Shown: one piece after another, positions 9,313-18,627 of the stretch
Layout: each line of letters begins with the position of its first letter
Numbering within the stretch: position 1 is the first letter of the stretch
DNA from: Pseudoalteromonas tetraodonis
Lineage (GTDB): Bacteria; Pseudomonadota; Gammaproteobacteria; Enterobacterales; Alteromonadaceae
Direction: 5' to 3'
Assembly: GCF_002310835.1 (NCBI RefSeq)
Contig: NZ_CP011041.1
Span: 2,850,001 to 2,882,000 of the forward strand
Length of the DNA: 32,000 nt
The notes under the pieces: model-generated
What the model was told of the DNA's origin: nothing
The model's input: the letters and a program-made list of their open reading frames with translations, nothing else
The model's database searches: none
Program-made: the position numbers and the translations under genes

Positions 9313-10212
9313 TTATTGGGCGCTAATTTGATTGCGCCCTAACTTTTTCGCATTATACAAACCGGAATCAGCTTCTTCTAACAATGCTTTTTCAGTGTAA
9401 GCTTGGCTACTCTCACTAGAAGCAATACCGATGCTAATGGTGACGTGTGTAGCGTTTAAAGACGCATTATGTTCAATATTCAAATCATTAACGGCGTTAC
9501 GTAACTTGTTGGCAAAAGCGATTGCACCTTGCTGATTGGTTTCTGGTAATACGGCCACAAATTCTTCACCGCCGTAACGCGCAACAAAATCACTGCCACG
9601 CTCACATTGCGCGGCTAACGTTTTTGCCACTGTTTTTAAACATTCGTCTCCAGCTCGGTGGCCATAGCAGTCGTTATAACGTTTAAAATGATCAATATCT
9701 ATGAGTAAAACGCACAAAGGAGAGTAGTTACGCTTACTTCTACGCCACTCTCTTTCTAAGTTCTCATCTAAATAACGTCTATTGGGTATTTCTGTTAAGC
9801 CATCAATAGAGGCAAGCATTTCTAGCAAATCATTTTTTTGCTTAATTAATAACTGGTTCCGCACTCTAACTTTCACAATAGCGGCACTAAATGGCTTACC
9901 AATATAATCCATTGCGCCGAGCTCTAGCCCCTTTGCCTCATCTTCATGACGGTTGTTTGCAGAGATAAAAATAATAGGAATAGCCTGACTTATACTGTTC
10001 TCTTTTAGCTGTACGAGTACTTCATAACCATTCATACCAGGCATCATGATATCTAAAATGATTAAGTCTACTTGTGTGTGTTTAACAAACGCCAGCGCGT
10101 CTTCGCCGCTTGTCACTAAGTAAACATCATGCTCATCGCTTAAGGTTTTTTCTAAAATGATTCGGTTAAGCGCATCGTCATCTACAATTAATATTTTTGC
10201 TTTATTTATCAT
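9313..10212 (-). CDS. Response regulator receiver + GGDEF diguanylate cyclase (PleD/WspR-like)
   Basis: Receiver with acceptor context LIILDIMMPGMNGYE. Active-site RYGGEEFV. The start overlaps the kinase stop by 11 nt. Confidence 0.85.
   Translation of the reverse strand: MINKAKILIVDDDALNRIILEKTLSDEHDVYLVTSGEDALAFVKHTQVDLIILDIMMPGMNGYEVLVQLKENSISQAIPIIFISANNRHEDEAKGLELGAMDYIGKPFSAAIVKVRVRNQLLIKQKNDLLEMLASIDGLTEIPNRRYLDENLEREWRRSKRNYSPLCVLLIDIDHFKRYNDCYGHRAGDECLKTVAKTLAAQCERGSDFVARYGGEEFVAVLPETNQQGAIAFANKLRNAVNDLNIEHNASLNATHVTISIGIASSESSQAYTEKALLEEADSGLYNAKKLGRNQISAQ
9318..9348 (+). terminator. Putative terminator of the lipoprotein gene, embedded in the 3' end of the convergent GGDEF gene
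   Basis: Stem gggcgc (9318-9323) / gcgccc (9334-9339) with a 10-nt loop, followed by taaCTTTTT (T-run 9344-9348). Confidence 0.45.
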
Positions 10213-13200
10213 TGCTTACATCTAAAATTTTTATATAAATATGAACTTGTTTTAACTGTATTATCAGCTCTTTAATTGCAGCATTGGCGCTCTTGTCGCC
10301 CACTTTTAATAATTGCTCAGTATGTTGAGCACATAATAATAATCGGTTAAACCCTAAGTTTCCTGCTATCCCTTTTAGACTATGCACTAAGCGTACCATT
10401 TCAATAGTAGGTATGTCTTTTTGAAGATCAGCTGAATATGACTCACTTAACACCGCTAACTTAGTAAGCATGCTTTGCAATAGCTTCTCATCATCATTGA
10501 ACTGTGTCAAAGCGAAGGTTTTATCAAAAAAGCAAGGCTTAGATATGCCTAAATCAGCTATCGATGCAAATAAAATAGGCGCAACCACAGGCTTAGTTAA
10601 ATGTTTATTCATACCACTATTCAATGAACGTGCAATGTCGGCAGGCTCACAATGTGCAGTTAATGCAAAAATAGGCAATTGCTGGGCGTCAAACTGTTGG
10701 CGTATTATTTGGGTTGCTTGATAGCCATCAATACTCGGCATTTGAATATCCATTAAAACTAAATCGGGGCGCAATATATTCACCCATTCAACCCCCTGTT
10801 TAGCATCACTAGCAGTCACAACATTCACTTCGGCTTTACACAATATACTGCTAATAATGTCGAGATTGAGCGGGTTATCATCTATGGCTAATACTAAGGT
10901 TCCCGCTATTTCTTCTTGTGGTTTATCCGCTTTATATTGAGTTACTTTCTTTAACTTTTCAGGGGTTAAACTAAGTAACCGCTGCGCCAATGCACTGCGC
11001 GGTAAATACTGGCTAATAAAAGAGTCATTTATTGAAAGCTGATTCGGTTGCGAGTGCTCTATAACGATGAGTGAAGTAGTACGAGTGTGTAATACTGCTT
11101 TTATTGCTGAGGTGAGAAAGGCAGGTACGTCATCAGCATCGATTATAATGCTATGCGCTTGTTGCAAACAATCTGGATCAGTTACGACTATTTCAAGAGC
11201 TTGATTATTGAAAAAAGGATGCGCGGTAATAACCTGATTAAGCAACTGACTCTTCGCGCTGGTGATCAGTAATAGTCTATCTGTAAAGCTTGCTGATTTC
11301 TCGGTATCTGTCGCTAAATCAAGCGTGAAGTAAAAATGACAGCCATGGCCTTTATCACTACTGAGTGCAATTTCACCTCCCATTAATGCCACACTATGCT
11401 TTACAATTGCCAGCCCTAAGCCAACCCCTTGATGCAAGCGAGTAGATGATTCATCACCTTGCGTGAAGGCATCAAATAAACGGCGTTGATCCGCTTGAGC
11501 AATCCCCACTCCCGTATCAATAACCTGAAAACAAATACGCTGCTCTATATGGCTCTGACTCGGCTGTAATGTCATTTTTAATGTCACACTGCCTTTATTG
11601 GTAAACTTAACGGCATTGGTAAGTAAGTTACCTAATACTTGTTGCAAACGAATTGTATCACCGACTAAAAATGGAGAAATTTGCGAGTCTATGTCGATTT
11701 TTAGCTGTATCTGTTTTGCTTGGCATAAAGGTAAAATTAAACTTTCGCAGGTATCAATCAAATCAACTAAGCACAATGGCGCTAATTGCAGCGTTGCTTC
11801 TTTACTTTCAACACGGGCAAAATCAAGCATACTATTTAGCATCTGCAACAAATTATTGGCCGCATATTTTGCTTGGCTAGTTTGTTGAATTTGCCGCTGT
11901 GTTAACCCGTGCTCTGCGAGCATATCCAATAATCCCAACACGGCATTGAGGGGGGTGCGTATTTCGTGGCTTAAATTAGCAATAAAACGGCTTTTAGCTA
12001 ACGTGGCACGCTCTGCATCATCTTTGGCTTTGGTAAGTTCTGTAACATCTTGAATATGAATAACATAATAAAGCGGCTGACTATTTTCATTCCAAATTAA
12101 CGACATACTCAACTGTAACCAGGCATTTAATTGGGTATGAGCCAAGGTTAAGTGAAACACCCTTTTCTTATTATTTAATAATTGCTGTAGTAATGCTTCA
12201 AGCTCCTGCCATTGCGTATTATTAAAAAGCGCATAAAAAGGGGTATCGGTTAATTTATCATGCTTGGAAAATAATTTTCGTGCGGCTTTGTTTATCTGTA
12301 AAATAGCGTACTCAAGCGAGAGTAAAAACACCCCATTTGCGGCAAATTCAATTGCGCTTCTAAATATAGATTCAGACTCTTTTAATGCATACAAAGTATG
12401 TTGTTGTTCTGTAATATCACGACCAACCCCCATAGTTCCTAATAAGTGTTGCTGTTCATTGTAAAAGGGAGCAATGGTTAACTGATAAGTTCGCTCAGCA
12501 ACATCTATGCGCTGCTGAATTTGCATTCTATGCTGTAATACTTGATATTCCAGCAAACTAATTTGTTCATACTCGTTACTTATGTTGTGTATTTGCTGCC
12601 CAAGAAGTTCACCTTGAGTTTTTCCAATAAACAACTCAAACGCTTTATTACAGCCTAAAAAAATGCCTTCTGTATTTTTAAAATAAATAAAATCAGGCAC
12701 GCTATTAAGTACTGTGTTTAATAACGCTAAATGACGCTCTTTTGCTTGGTCGCTATGTTTTAGCTTTTGCGATTGTTGCCGTACTTGATCATCTAACTTT
12801 TGATTAGCATTTTGCAAAGAAATAACTAAATGCTCATTTTTCGCAAAAATAGCTTTTACCCGAGCAAACCAAGGTTGCCAGTTTAACGGTATTTGGTAAT
12901 TTAAATACCCGCTATTGTCATCGTTATGATGCTCTAAATAACGCATCAACTCGGTCATAGGTTTGATAAATATACGTTTGCTTAACCAAAAAAAGATGTA
13001 AAACATCAAACATAAAAATAAGGCTAACGAAATAAACTCTATCAATACTTCATACACAATACCGCTTGAGAGAGTGTGCTTGTCAGCAAGAAACGCCAGA
13101 TGAATAGGGTTCTTTTTTGAAGGCTGAATTAAAAATAATGAGTCTGCTCGCGCATTACTCTTTTGTGAGGGGCTATTAATATTAGGCCAATAGGTCGATA

Positions 13201-13972
13201 ACTTTATGGCTTGATTAATTGGCTGCTGTGAACTGGCAATAATTTCATTCTCTTGGTTGATAAAAACATACTCGCCTTGCTTTGAGGTTATTTTTTTCAA
13301 CCAACTAGAGATAGCCTGTAAGTCATATATTAAAACAATATAATCTGAGGAGTTAAGCTCTCGCTGTCGGCCAACTGCAAAATATGCGTTATTGTCTACT
13401 TTAATAACGGCACTTGAAGTGAGTTTGTTCGCTGAAGGTAAGGGTTTAAAGTCGCCATTAAGTACCTGCGTTAAAATATAACTTTGTGTATTGTTACGCC
13501 GAGCTAAATAAGCAAAGCCGCGCTCATCAACATAGGCTACAGAATGCAGCGACGAAAGCAGCGCTAAAGCGGTATTGAAAGACGGTGCCAGCGACATGAC
13601 TTTTTGCCAGCGTGATAATGCCTGTTCGGAATAGCTGAATTGGCCTTTTCCTACTATTTCGCCATTAAAATGTGCTATCTGGCTATAATAATAATGCTCG
13701 TATTGATTAATGTTTTTTGTGAAGGCATGATTCGCTGGTTGTGGGGCGTGTTTGTCATACATAATAAACATCGCATTAAGTAAATCGTCGATGGCTTGCA
13801 TATCATGGTCAAGCTGCGCCGATAACGCACTAAAATCGGTGGTCTTTTTTGTTATTGCACGGTCCATTTTTATATCATAAAAATGCAAACACAAAAAAGA
13901 GGCCACCAATAAAGGGATTGCTAACGCCACAAAAACAGAGCGATGATAATGTTTTAGCGGTAAAAAATTCAA
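10202..13972 (-). CDS. Hybrid sensor histidine kinase (periplasmic sensor, PAS x2, HisKA, HATPase, receiver(s), HPt)
   Basis: H-box LSHEIRTPLNAVLG. N-box NLLTNAVKFT. G-boxes DTGVGI and GVGLGLAIV. Receiver LVLMDIQMPSIDGY. HPt VHSLKGIAGNLGF. Two TM segments flank a ~280-aa N-terminal sensor region. Confidence 0.85.
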   Translation of the reverse strand: MNFLPLKHYHRSVFVALAIPLLVASFLCLHFYDIKMDRAITKKTTDFSALSAQLDHDMQAIDDLLNAMFIMYDKHAPQPANHAFTKNINQYEHYYYSQIAHFNGEIVGKGQFSYSEQALSRWQKVMSLAPSFNTALALLSSLHSVAYVDERGFAYLARRNNTQSYILTQVLNGDFKPLPSANKLTSSAVIKVDNNAYFAVGRQRELNSSDYIVLIYDLQAISSWLKKITSKQGEYVFINQENEIIASSQQPINQAIKLSTYWPNINSPSQKSNARADSLFLIQPSKKNPIHLAFLADKHTLSSGIVYEVLIEFISLALFLCLMFYIFFWLSKRIFIKPMTELMRYLEHHNDDNSGYLNYQIPLNWQPWFARVKAIFAKNEHLVISLQNANQKLDDQVRQQSQKLKHSDQAKERHLALLNTVLNSVPDFIYFKNTEGIFLGCNKAFELFIGKTQGELLGQQIHNISNEYEQISLLEYQVLQHRMQIQQRIDVAERTYQLTIAPFYNEQQHLLGTMGVGRDITEQQHTLYALKESESIFRSAIEFAANGVFLLSLEYAILQINKAARKLFSKHDKLTDTPFYALFNNTQWQELEALLQQLLNNKKRVFHLTLAHTQLNAWLQLSMSLIWNENSQPLYYVIHIQDVTELTKAKDDAERATLAKSRFIANLSHEIRTPLNAVLGLLDMLAEHGLTQRQIQQTSQAKYAANNLLQMLNSMLDFARVESKEATLQLAPLCLVDLIDTCESLILPLCQAKQIQLKIDIDSQISPFLVGDTIRLQQVLGNLLTNAVKFTNKGSVTLKMTLQPSQSHIEQRICFQVIDTGVGIAQADQRRLFDAFTQGDESSTRLHQGVGLGLAIVKHSVALMGGEIALSSDKGHGCHFYFTLDLATDTEKSASFTDRLLLITSAKSQLLNQVITAHPFFNNQALEIVVTDPDCLQQAHSIIIDADDVPAFLTSAIKAVLHTRTTSLIVIEHSQPNQLSINDSFISQYLPRSALAQRLLSLTPEKLKKVTQYKADKPQEEIAGTLVLAIDDNPLNLDIISSILCKAEVNVVTASDAKQGVEWVNILRPDLVLMDIQMPSIDGYQATQIIRQQFDAQQLPIFALTAHCEPADIARSLNSGMNKHLTKPVVAPILFASIADLGISKPCFFDKTFALTQFNDDEKLLQSMLTKLAVLSESYSADLQKDIPTIEMVRLVHSLKGIAGNLGFNRLLLCAQHTEQLLKVGDKSANAAIKELIIQLKQVHIYIKILDVSNDK

Positions 13973-14038
13973 CGACCTACCTAATTATTAGCTCAAAAAT
14001 CAAACTGTAGACTATAGAGCCAAGATGTTAAGCGCAAG

Positions 14039-14305
14039 TTATAAATTTTCCTCGGCGAACGAAGCCAGTCGACTACGTACTACCCCATTAAGATTTACGG
14101 TAGCACCACCTTCAAAGTGCTTAAACCGCTCTACAATATAGGTAAGCCCCGAAGTAACCGCCGTTAAATAATTACTGTCTATTTGTGCCAAATTCCCAGT
14201 ACAAATTAGTTTTGTTCCTTCTCCGCAGCGGGTAATAATGGTTTTTAGCTGAGAAGCTGTTAAGTTTTGGCTTTCATCTAAAATCACCCCCGAATTGATA
14301 TAATA
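14039..14305 (-). pseudogene. 3' fragment of a phoH-like (PhoH/PhoH2-type) ATPase gene, truncated by island insertion
   Basis: The translation (V)ILDESQNLTASQLKTIITRCGEGTKLICTGNLAQIDSNYL...SGLTYIVERF...RSRLASFAEENL is the Walker-B-to-C-terminus part of PhoH-like ATPases. There is no Walker A. The in-frame extension stops at TAG/TGA at 14306-14311, and unrelated AT-rich DNA follows. Confidence 0.75.
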
Positions 14306-14325
14306 CTATCATACCCTCAATAAAC

Positions 14326-14354
14326 TTGAACAAAAAAGTTTTTACACACATACT
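14326..14354 (+). promoter_or_regulatory. Candidate sigma70 promoter of the recombinase operon
   Basis: TTGAAC (14326-14331), a 17-nt spacer, then CATACT (14349-14354). RBS AAGGTG precedes ATG 14382. A TGaTATAAT extended -10 also sits at 14296-14304, right at the junction. Confidence 0.35.
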
Positions 14355-14381
14355 CTAGCTAAGAATCAAAGGTGAACGAAA

Positions 14382-15872
14382 ATGATACTTCGAAATACAA
14401 CAAAAACTAAAATAATTAAAACATCAGTCAACTTTGGAAAAGGAATGTCTTTTCACCTCGATAAATCAGGGCAACCTATTAAGACTGAAAAAGGCATCAG
14501 AACTCACTCATATAGGCACGATAAAATAGAACCTAATTTTCCAGTGCTATATCACCCGACTCGCTTCACCGAATGCCAAGAAATGAACTTATTTTTAATG
14601 CACCGCTTTGAAGGTCATTTCAGTCTCAAAAAGAATCAAATAGACAATGAGGCTTTTAGTGACGCTTATCATGCCAGCCAACCGGGAAAGCCATTAGATG
14701 TTAAGTCTGTTCGCAGTATAGCTAAGCACTTAAAAGCTTTCTTAGATTGGTTGGATAAAGATGATGCATCCTATTTTGAAGTAATAGCTGCACCACTTTC
14801 AAAACAATCTGTAGATGATGATATTTCTAGGTTACCTGTGTGGAGATATCACAAACATTTATGTGAAAGAGTCGAAACCAAAGATAAGTCTAAACGCATA
14901 AGCTTTAACAGCGCTCAAGAACGAATTAGAGCTGTTAAAGCATTCTATATATGGAGCCATAAGCGCGGAGCTATAGATAGCCTCCCCTTCTCACTTGAAT
15001 ACAAACAGGTACGTATTAAATCGAAAGCTAAATCAGGTGTCAGTTCGTTGTTTCAATTACCTACCAGCAACAATCGTTCTGGGGGCTTATGGAAATGGGT
15101 CAGTAATTTGAGCATTCCAAATACATTGAAACAAAAAGAAGACTCACCAGACAAAGGTCTACAACCATATTCTCCAAAAGAACTTAAACAGTTACTGGAG
15201 ACGAATACAGCTCAAAAAGAGACTTATAAACTTTATTTGCAGTGTGCCTTGTTAGGTGGACTTCGATCTTTTGAAATTTCGGCCATCGACCAGAAAGACC
15301 TCTTTAACCCTGATGAAAAAGAAAACGAGAAACGTATTCCAAAATTGAACATTGTACGAAAAGGACATAAGCCAGTGAGATTAACAATAGCGCGAGTTCT
15401 AATGAAGCTTTTGTACAATCACACTTTGACAATTCAAAATATGAAGCGACGTACCAAACATGAGACTAATCATGGTATGGACAATAGCGAACATCCGCTT
15501 CCTTTGTTTATGAATAGTTCAGGATCGCGGATAAGCGAAGATACACCGGGGAATACTATTTCCATAGTTAGAAAAGAACAAAGGAAGCAGGGATTAGAAA
15601 TACTATTACGCACATTCCATGACTTACGCGCTACCTTTGCTACTTATGTCGCTAAATACCTAATTGACAAAGGTGAATCAGAAAGTTCCATCCGACAAAC
15701 ACTAATGACTTTGATGAGTCACGAAAGCTTTAAAACAACCAAACGTTACATCGACTTTGCCAAAAGTGTATCAGTGGATGCATACGGAGCGATGTCAGAG
15801 TGGGTAAAAGATATCTACGGTGATGTTAACGAATTGCTTATGCGTGAGGCTGAAGATGCTACAGCAAGTTAA
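14382..15872 (+). CDS. Tyrosine recombinase 1 of trio (GinA/TnpA-like)
   Basis: Box I LGGLRSFEI, beta-hairpin K (VRKGHKPVRL), HDLRATFATYV (H-x-x-R), LMSHESFKTTKRYIDF (H...Y). Confidence 0.8.
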   Translation: MILRNTTKTKIIKTSVNFGKGMSFHLDKSGQPIKTEKGIRTHSYRHDKIEPNFPVLYHPTRFTECQEMNLFLMHRFEGHFSLKKNQIDNEAFSDAYHASQPGKPLDVKSVRSIAKHLKAFLDWLDKDDASYFEVIAAPLSKQSVDDDISRLPVWRYHKHLCERVETKDKSKRISFNSAQERIRAVKAFYIWSHKRGAIDSLPFSLEYKQVRIKSKAKSGVSSLFQLPTSNNRSGGLWKWVSNLSIPNTLKQKEDSPDKGLQPYSPKELKQLLETNTAQKETYKLYLQCALLGGLRSFEISAIDQKDLFNPDEKENEKRIPKLNIVRKGHKPVRLTIARVLMKLLYNHTLTIQNMKRRTKHETNHGMDNSEHPLPLFMNSSGSRISEDTPGNTISIVRKEQRKQGLEILLRTFHDLRATFATYVAKYLIDKGESESSIRQTLMTLMSHESFKTTKRYIDFAKSVSVDAYGAMSEWVKDIYGDVNELLMREAEDATAS

Positions 15873-18627
15873 AACGCGGAAGTCCAATCGTATTCCTGCT
15901 AGATTTAAACCTCATTCAATTGTTCTAGCCGAACAGTTAGACGTTTTATTTAACAGGGCATATGACAAAGAAAGCAATATTAGCACAGGTGACGACACTG
16001 CTATTTCAATGAGTCGCTTGCGGAATGCTTGTGTCAGTTTACAGCACATTCTTCCTCTAGCCCTTAATAAGGTTAGTGCAGATACTGCGACATCAATTCA
16101 AACTTCGGGATTAAATGCTCTATCAGACTTTGAAATTTGGCAAGAACTGGAATACTTTTGCATTAATGAAATAAATGATGTCAAGCTACCTAGTTATGCT
16201 ACTCGTATAGAAGAAGCTTTAGAAAACATAGCTAAGTTTCATTTTTATGATAACGCTATCAACGCTCCTTTTAGGCTAGTAAATGGGGCTACTTCAATCG
16301 ACATAACTAAATTATTCGAACTTGAATTCCATCAAGTAAAAGAGACTCGTAAATTACTAAAAAAATATCTGGACTATCTCGTCCTTCCAGAATTAAGCCT
16401 CAAAGATTCTTCTATTAGAGACAACATCCTCAAAACTGCGACTGCTATTATAAATATTTGTCTACATGATACTTTTAAGAATACTGAACGCGTCAAACTG
16501 CCATTATTGGCAACATTAAAGGATAGGGAATTCGTTTCATCATTTATATGCAATCACAACTTCCGTACTTTTTTAAAATTTATACTACCCGATGTGTGGG
16601 GTAAAGCTAGAGTCAATCAATTTAAAACTGAAGCCGAAGTGATAGGGTATGCACAAAGCATATCATCCAAATTTGGCAATGAAGTTGATGCTTTTTTGAA
16701 AAATCAGATAGCAAGCGCTTCGGAAGCTAATACAACAAGAGTTAGATCCTCAACTTTATCATTTCCAAGGTGGTTGAATAGTGCTGGTAGCGTAGCATCA
16801 CCAATAATTAAGCTGCTTAGTGAGCGTGGAATTCAAGGGTTTGCAGAAAATGGCCTTCAGGGATTTAAATACCTTTATAAGCATTACCAAGAAGAAACTC
16901 AAAATAACCAGCAGTTTTTACTGCTACTAAACGCTGCATTGGACCTTTACCACTTTGTTACGGGTGAAAAAATCGCAAAGGAAAGTTTATTACCCTACTC
17001 ATTGGGCTATTACCTTAAAGAAAGTGACACTACCGAATGGCAGAAGCATGAGTGGGTATATGACAATGCCTATAAATTTTATCAAAACCTAGTCGAATAC
17101 CATAAAGTTTTTACAAAGCGAATTGATGGCGAGAGCATAGGCATCGTCACTCTCAAAGGTTACATAGGTAGTATGGCTAGAGCATTGAAAGAAAATGCAT
17201 CATCATTAACAGATGAACAAATGAAGCTTATTGCCAATCATGGGGTTCATGCTTTTGTTGAAAATAACTGTGAGATACTAAAGGCTATAAGAGAGGCAAT
17301 TCAACTAAAATCAAAACAAGGCGATTTGTCGGTTTTTGTTGGTAATCAATATCAGAGCGCTATCGACAAATTACTATCGTTTTATGGTCTAGATACTATT
17401 AAAAGCTTTCCGGTCAACACCGAATTAACTGCACAACATCAAGAGCAACTCTCTCAGAATCAAGATAAGCTCTACTCATATAGAGAAGTAGTAGAATTAG
17501 CATATTACATAGAAAAAGGGCTTTCTGAGACCTTACTCACAATTAAAGACAAAGTTACACTTTATGCAGCAAAAGTCATATTGAAAACTGGTTGGAATTC
17601 AACTCCTACGCTAGAGCTTGATACTGACGACTTATTTTTCTTTAACACGCCATTACATTCAAGTAAAACTCCTGCTCTTCGTTTATTTAAACGCCGAGCT
17701 AATTATCAAACACAATGGCATAAATTTGAAATTAAAGCCGAAGATCTAGAAAAAGAAGGCGTCTTATACGGCGACGTTGTCGAACCAGTAATATTTGATA
17801 TTAAGGCTGCGACTAAACTTACGTCTATTTACCGCCCTTCTATTGAGAACCTATCAAAAAGAATTTTTGTTTTTCCCAAAGTAAATAGTATTGGAGAAGT
17901 AAAGATTCAATTATTAACAGCATCACGTTTCAAGACCACTATAGATAGGATATTGACTGAGCTTGGGTGTGATATCGTATTTAATTCGCAAAAGATCAGA
18001 AAATCAGGGCTTAACTACATTTACCGAAAAGTTGCCAAAGAATTTAAGTGGTATCAAAAAGCTGGCAAGCACTCTTATGAAACGTTCTTGCGTCATTATT
18101 TAATGCAAGATAACAAAGATGTTGCAATGACAATCAACAGAGCGACAAAAACAATGGCAGACTATTTTGTTCGCGATGTTACCGACAAAGTAATCATTTT
18201 GCAGACTCCACCAGAAGACGGTAAAAAAGTCCCGAATGGCACATGCATTAACTCAAAAGATAAATCCGCAGTAGTGGCATTCGAATCACAAAACAGGAAA
18301 TTATTAGACCAGCGAGATACAAACGAGCATGCATGTGCCGACTTTAACGCATGCTTGTGGTGTCCGTTCTATCGCTGTGTTGCTGACGCATTGCATGTTT
18401 GGAAACTTTTGTCATACCGGGATTTTGTTGTTGCTGATATGGAAAACTCAGCCGCAACATTTGACTCTATAACAGAGCAACTGGAAAACATAGAGCAGTT
18501 GAAAAATAGGGTTAACGAAATATTAGCTGATATTGCCAAGCTTAATGCTCAAGCTGTGACTGATGGAAAAGAACTATTGAGAACAGAGGGTATTCATCCT
18601 CATTGGAAAAACACAGGTTTGCTATGA
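15856..18627 (+). CDS. Tyrosine-recombinase-like protein 2 of trio (GinB/TnpB-like), very large with a divergent active site
   Basis: The C-terminal third has a recombinase-like layout: KTGWNSTPTLEL (box I position), LRLFKRRANYQ, KIRKSGLNYIYR, GKHSYETFLRHYL. A Cys cluster HACADFNACLWCPFYRC follows. I prefer ATG 15856 (RBS GAGG 6 nt upstream, overlapping the gene 1 stop) over the track GTG 15820. Confidence 0.65.
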   Translation: MLQQVKTRKSNRIPARFKPHSIVLAEQLDVLFNRAYDKESNISTGDDTAISMSRLRNACVSLQHILPLALNKVSADTATSIQTSGLNALSDFEIWQELEYFCINEINDVKLPSYATRIEEALENIAKFHFYDNAINAPFRLVNGATSIDITKLFELEFHQVKETRKLLKKYLDYLVLPELSLKDSSIRDNILKTATAIINICLHDTFKNTERVKLPLLATLKDREFVSSFICNHNFRTFLKFILPDVWGKARVNQFKTEAEVIGYAQSISSKFGNEVDAFLKNQIASASEANTTRVRSSTLSFPRWLNSAGSVASPIIKLLSERGIQGFAENGLQGFKYLYKHYQEETQNNQQFLLLLNAALDLYHFVTGEKIAKESLLPYSLGYYLKESDTTEWQKHEWVYDNAYKFYQNLVEYHKVFTKRIDGESIGIVTLKGYIGSMARALKENASSLTDEQMKLIANHGVHAFVENNCEILKAIREAIQLKSKQGDLSVFVGNQYQSAIDKLLSFYGLDTIKSFPVNTELTAQHQEQLSQNQDKLYSYREVVELAYYIEKGLSETLLTIKDKVTLYAAKVILKTGWNSTPTLELDTDDLFFFNTPLHSSKTPALRLFKRRANYQTQWHKFEIKAEDLEKEGVLYGDVVEPVIFDIKAATKLTSIYRPSIENLSKRIFVFPKVNSIGEVKIQLLTASRFKTTIDRILTELGCDIVFNSQKIRKSGLNYIYRKVAKEFKWYQKAGKHSYETFLRHYLMQDNKDVAMTINRATKTMADYFVRDVTDKVIILQTPPEDGKKVPNGTCINSKDKSAVVAFESQNRKLLDQRDTNEHACADFNACLWCPFYRCVADALHVWKLLSYRDFVVADMENSAATFDSITEQLENIEQLKNRVNEILADIAKLNAQAVTDGKELLRTEGIHPHWKNTGLL

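Noticed and set aside
10470-12464. Four plus-strand ORFs (66-96 aa) inside the hybrid kinase gene
   Set aside because: They are antisense to a 1256-aa ORF with complete kinase motifs.
14288-14381. Terminal inverted or direct repeat of the island at the left junction
   Set aside because: I could not identify a convincing repeat by eye, and the partner end is outside the window. The exact boundary is uncertain within about 14288-14310.
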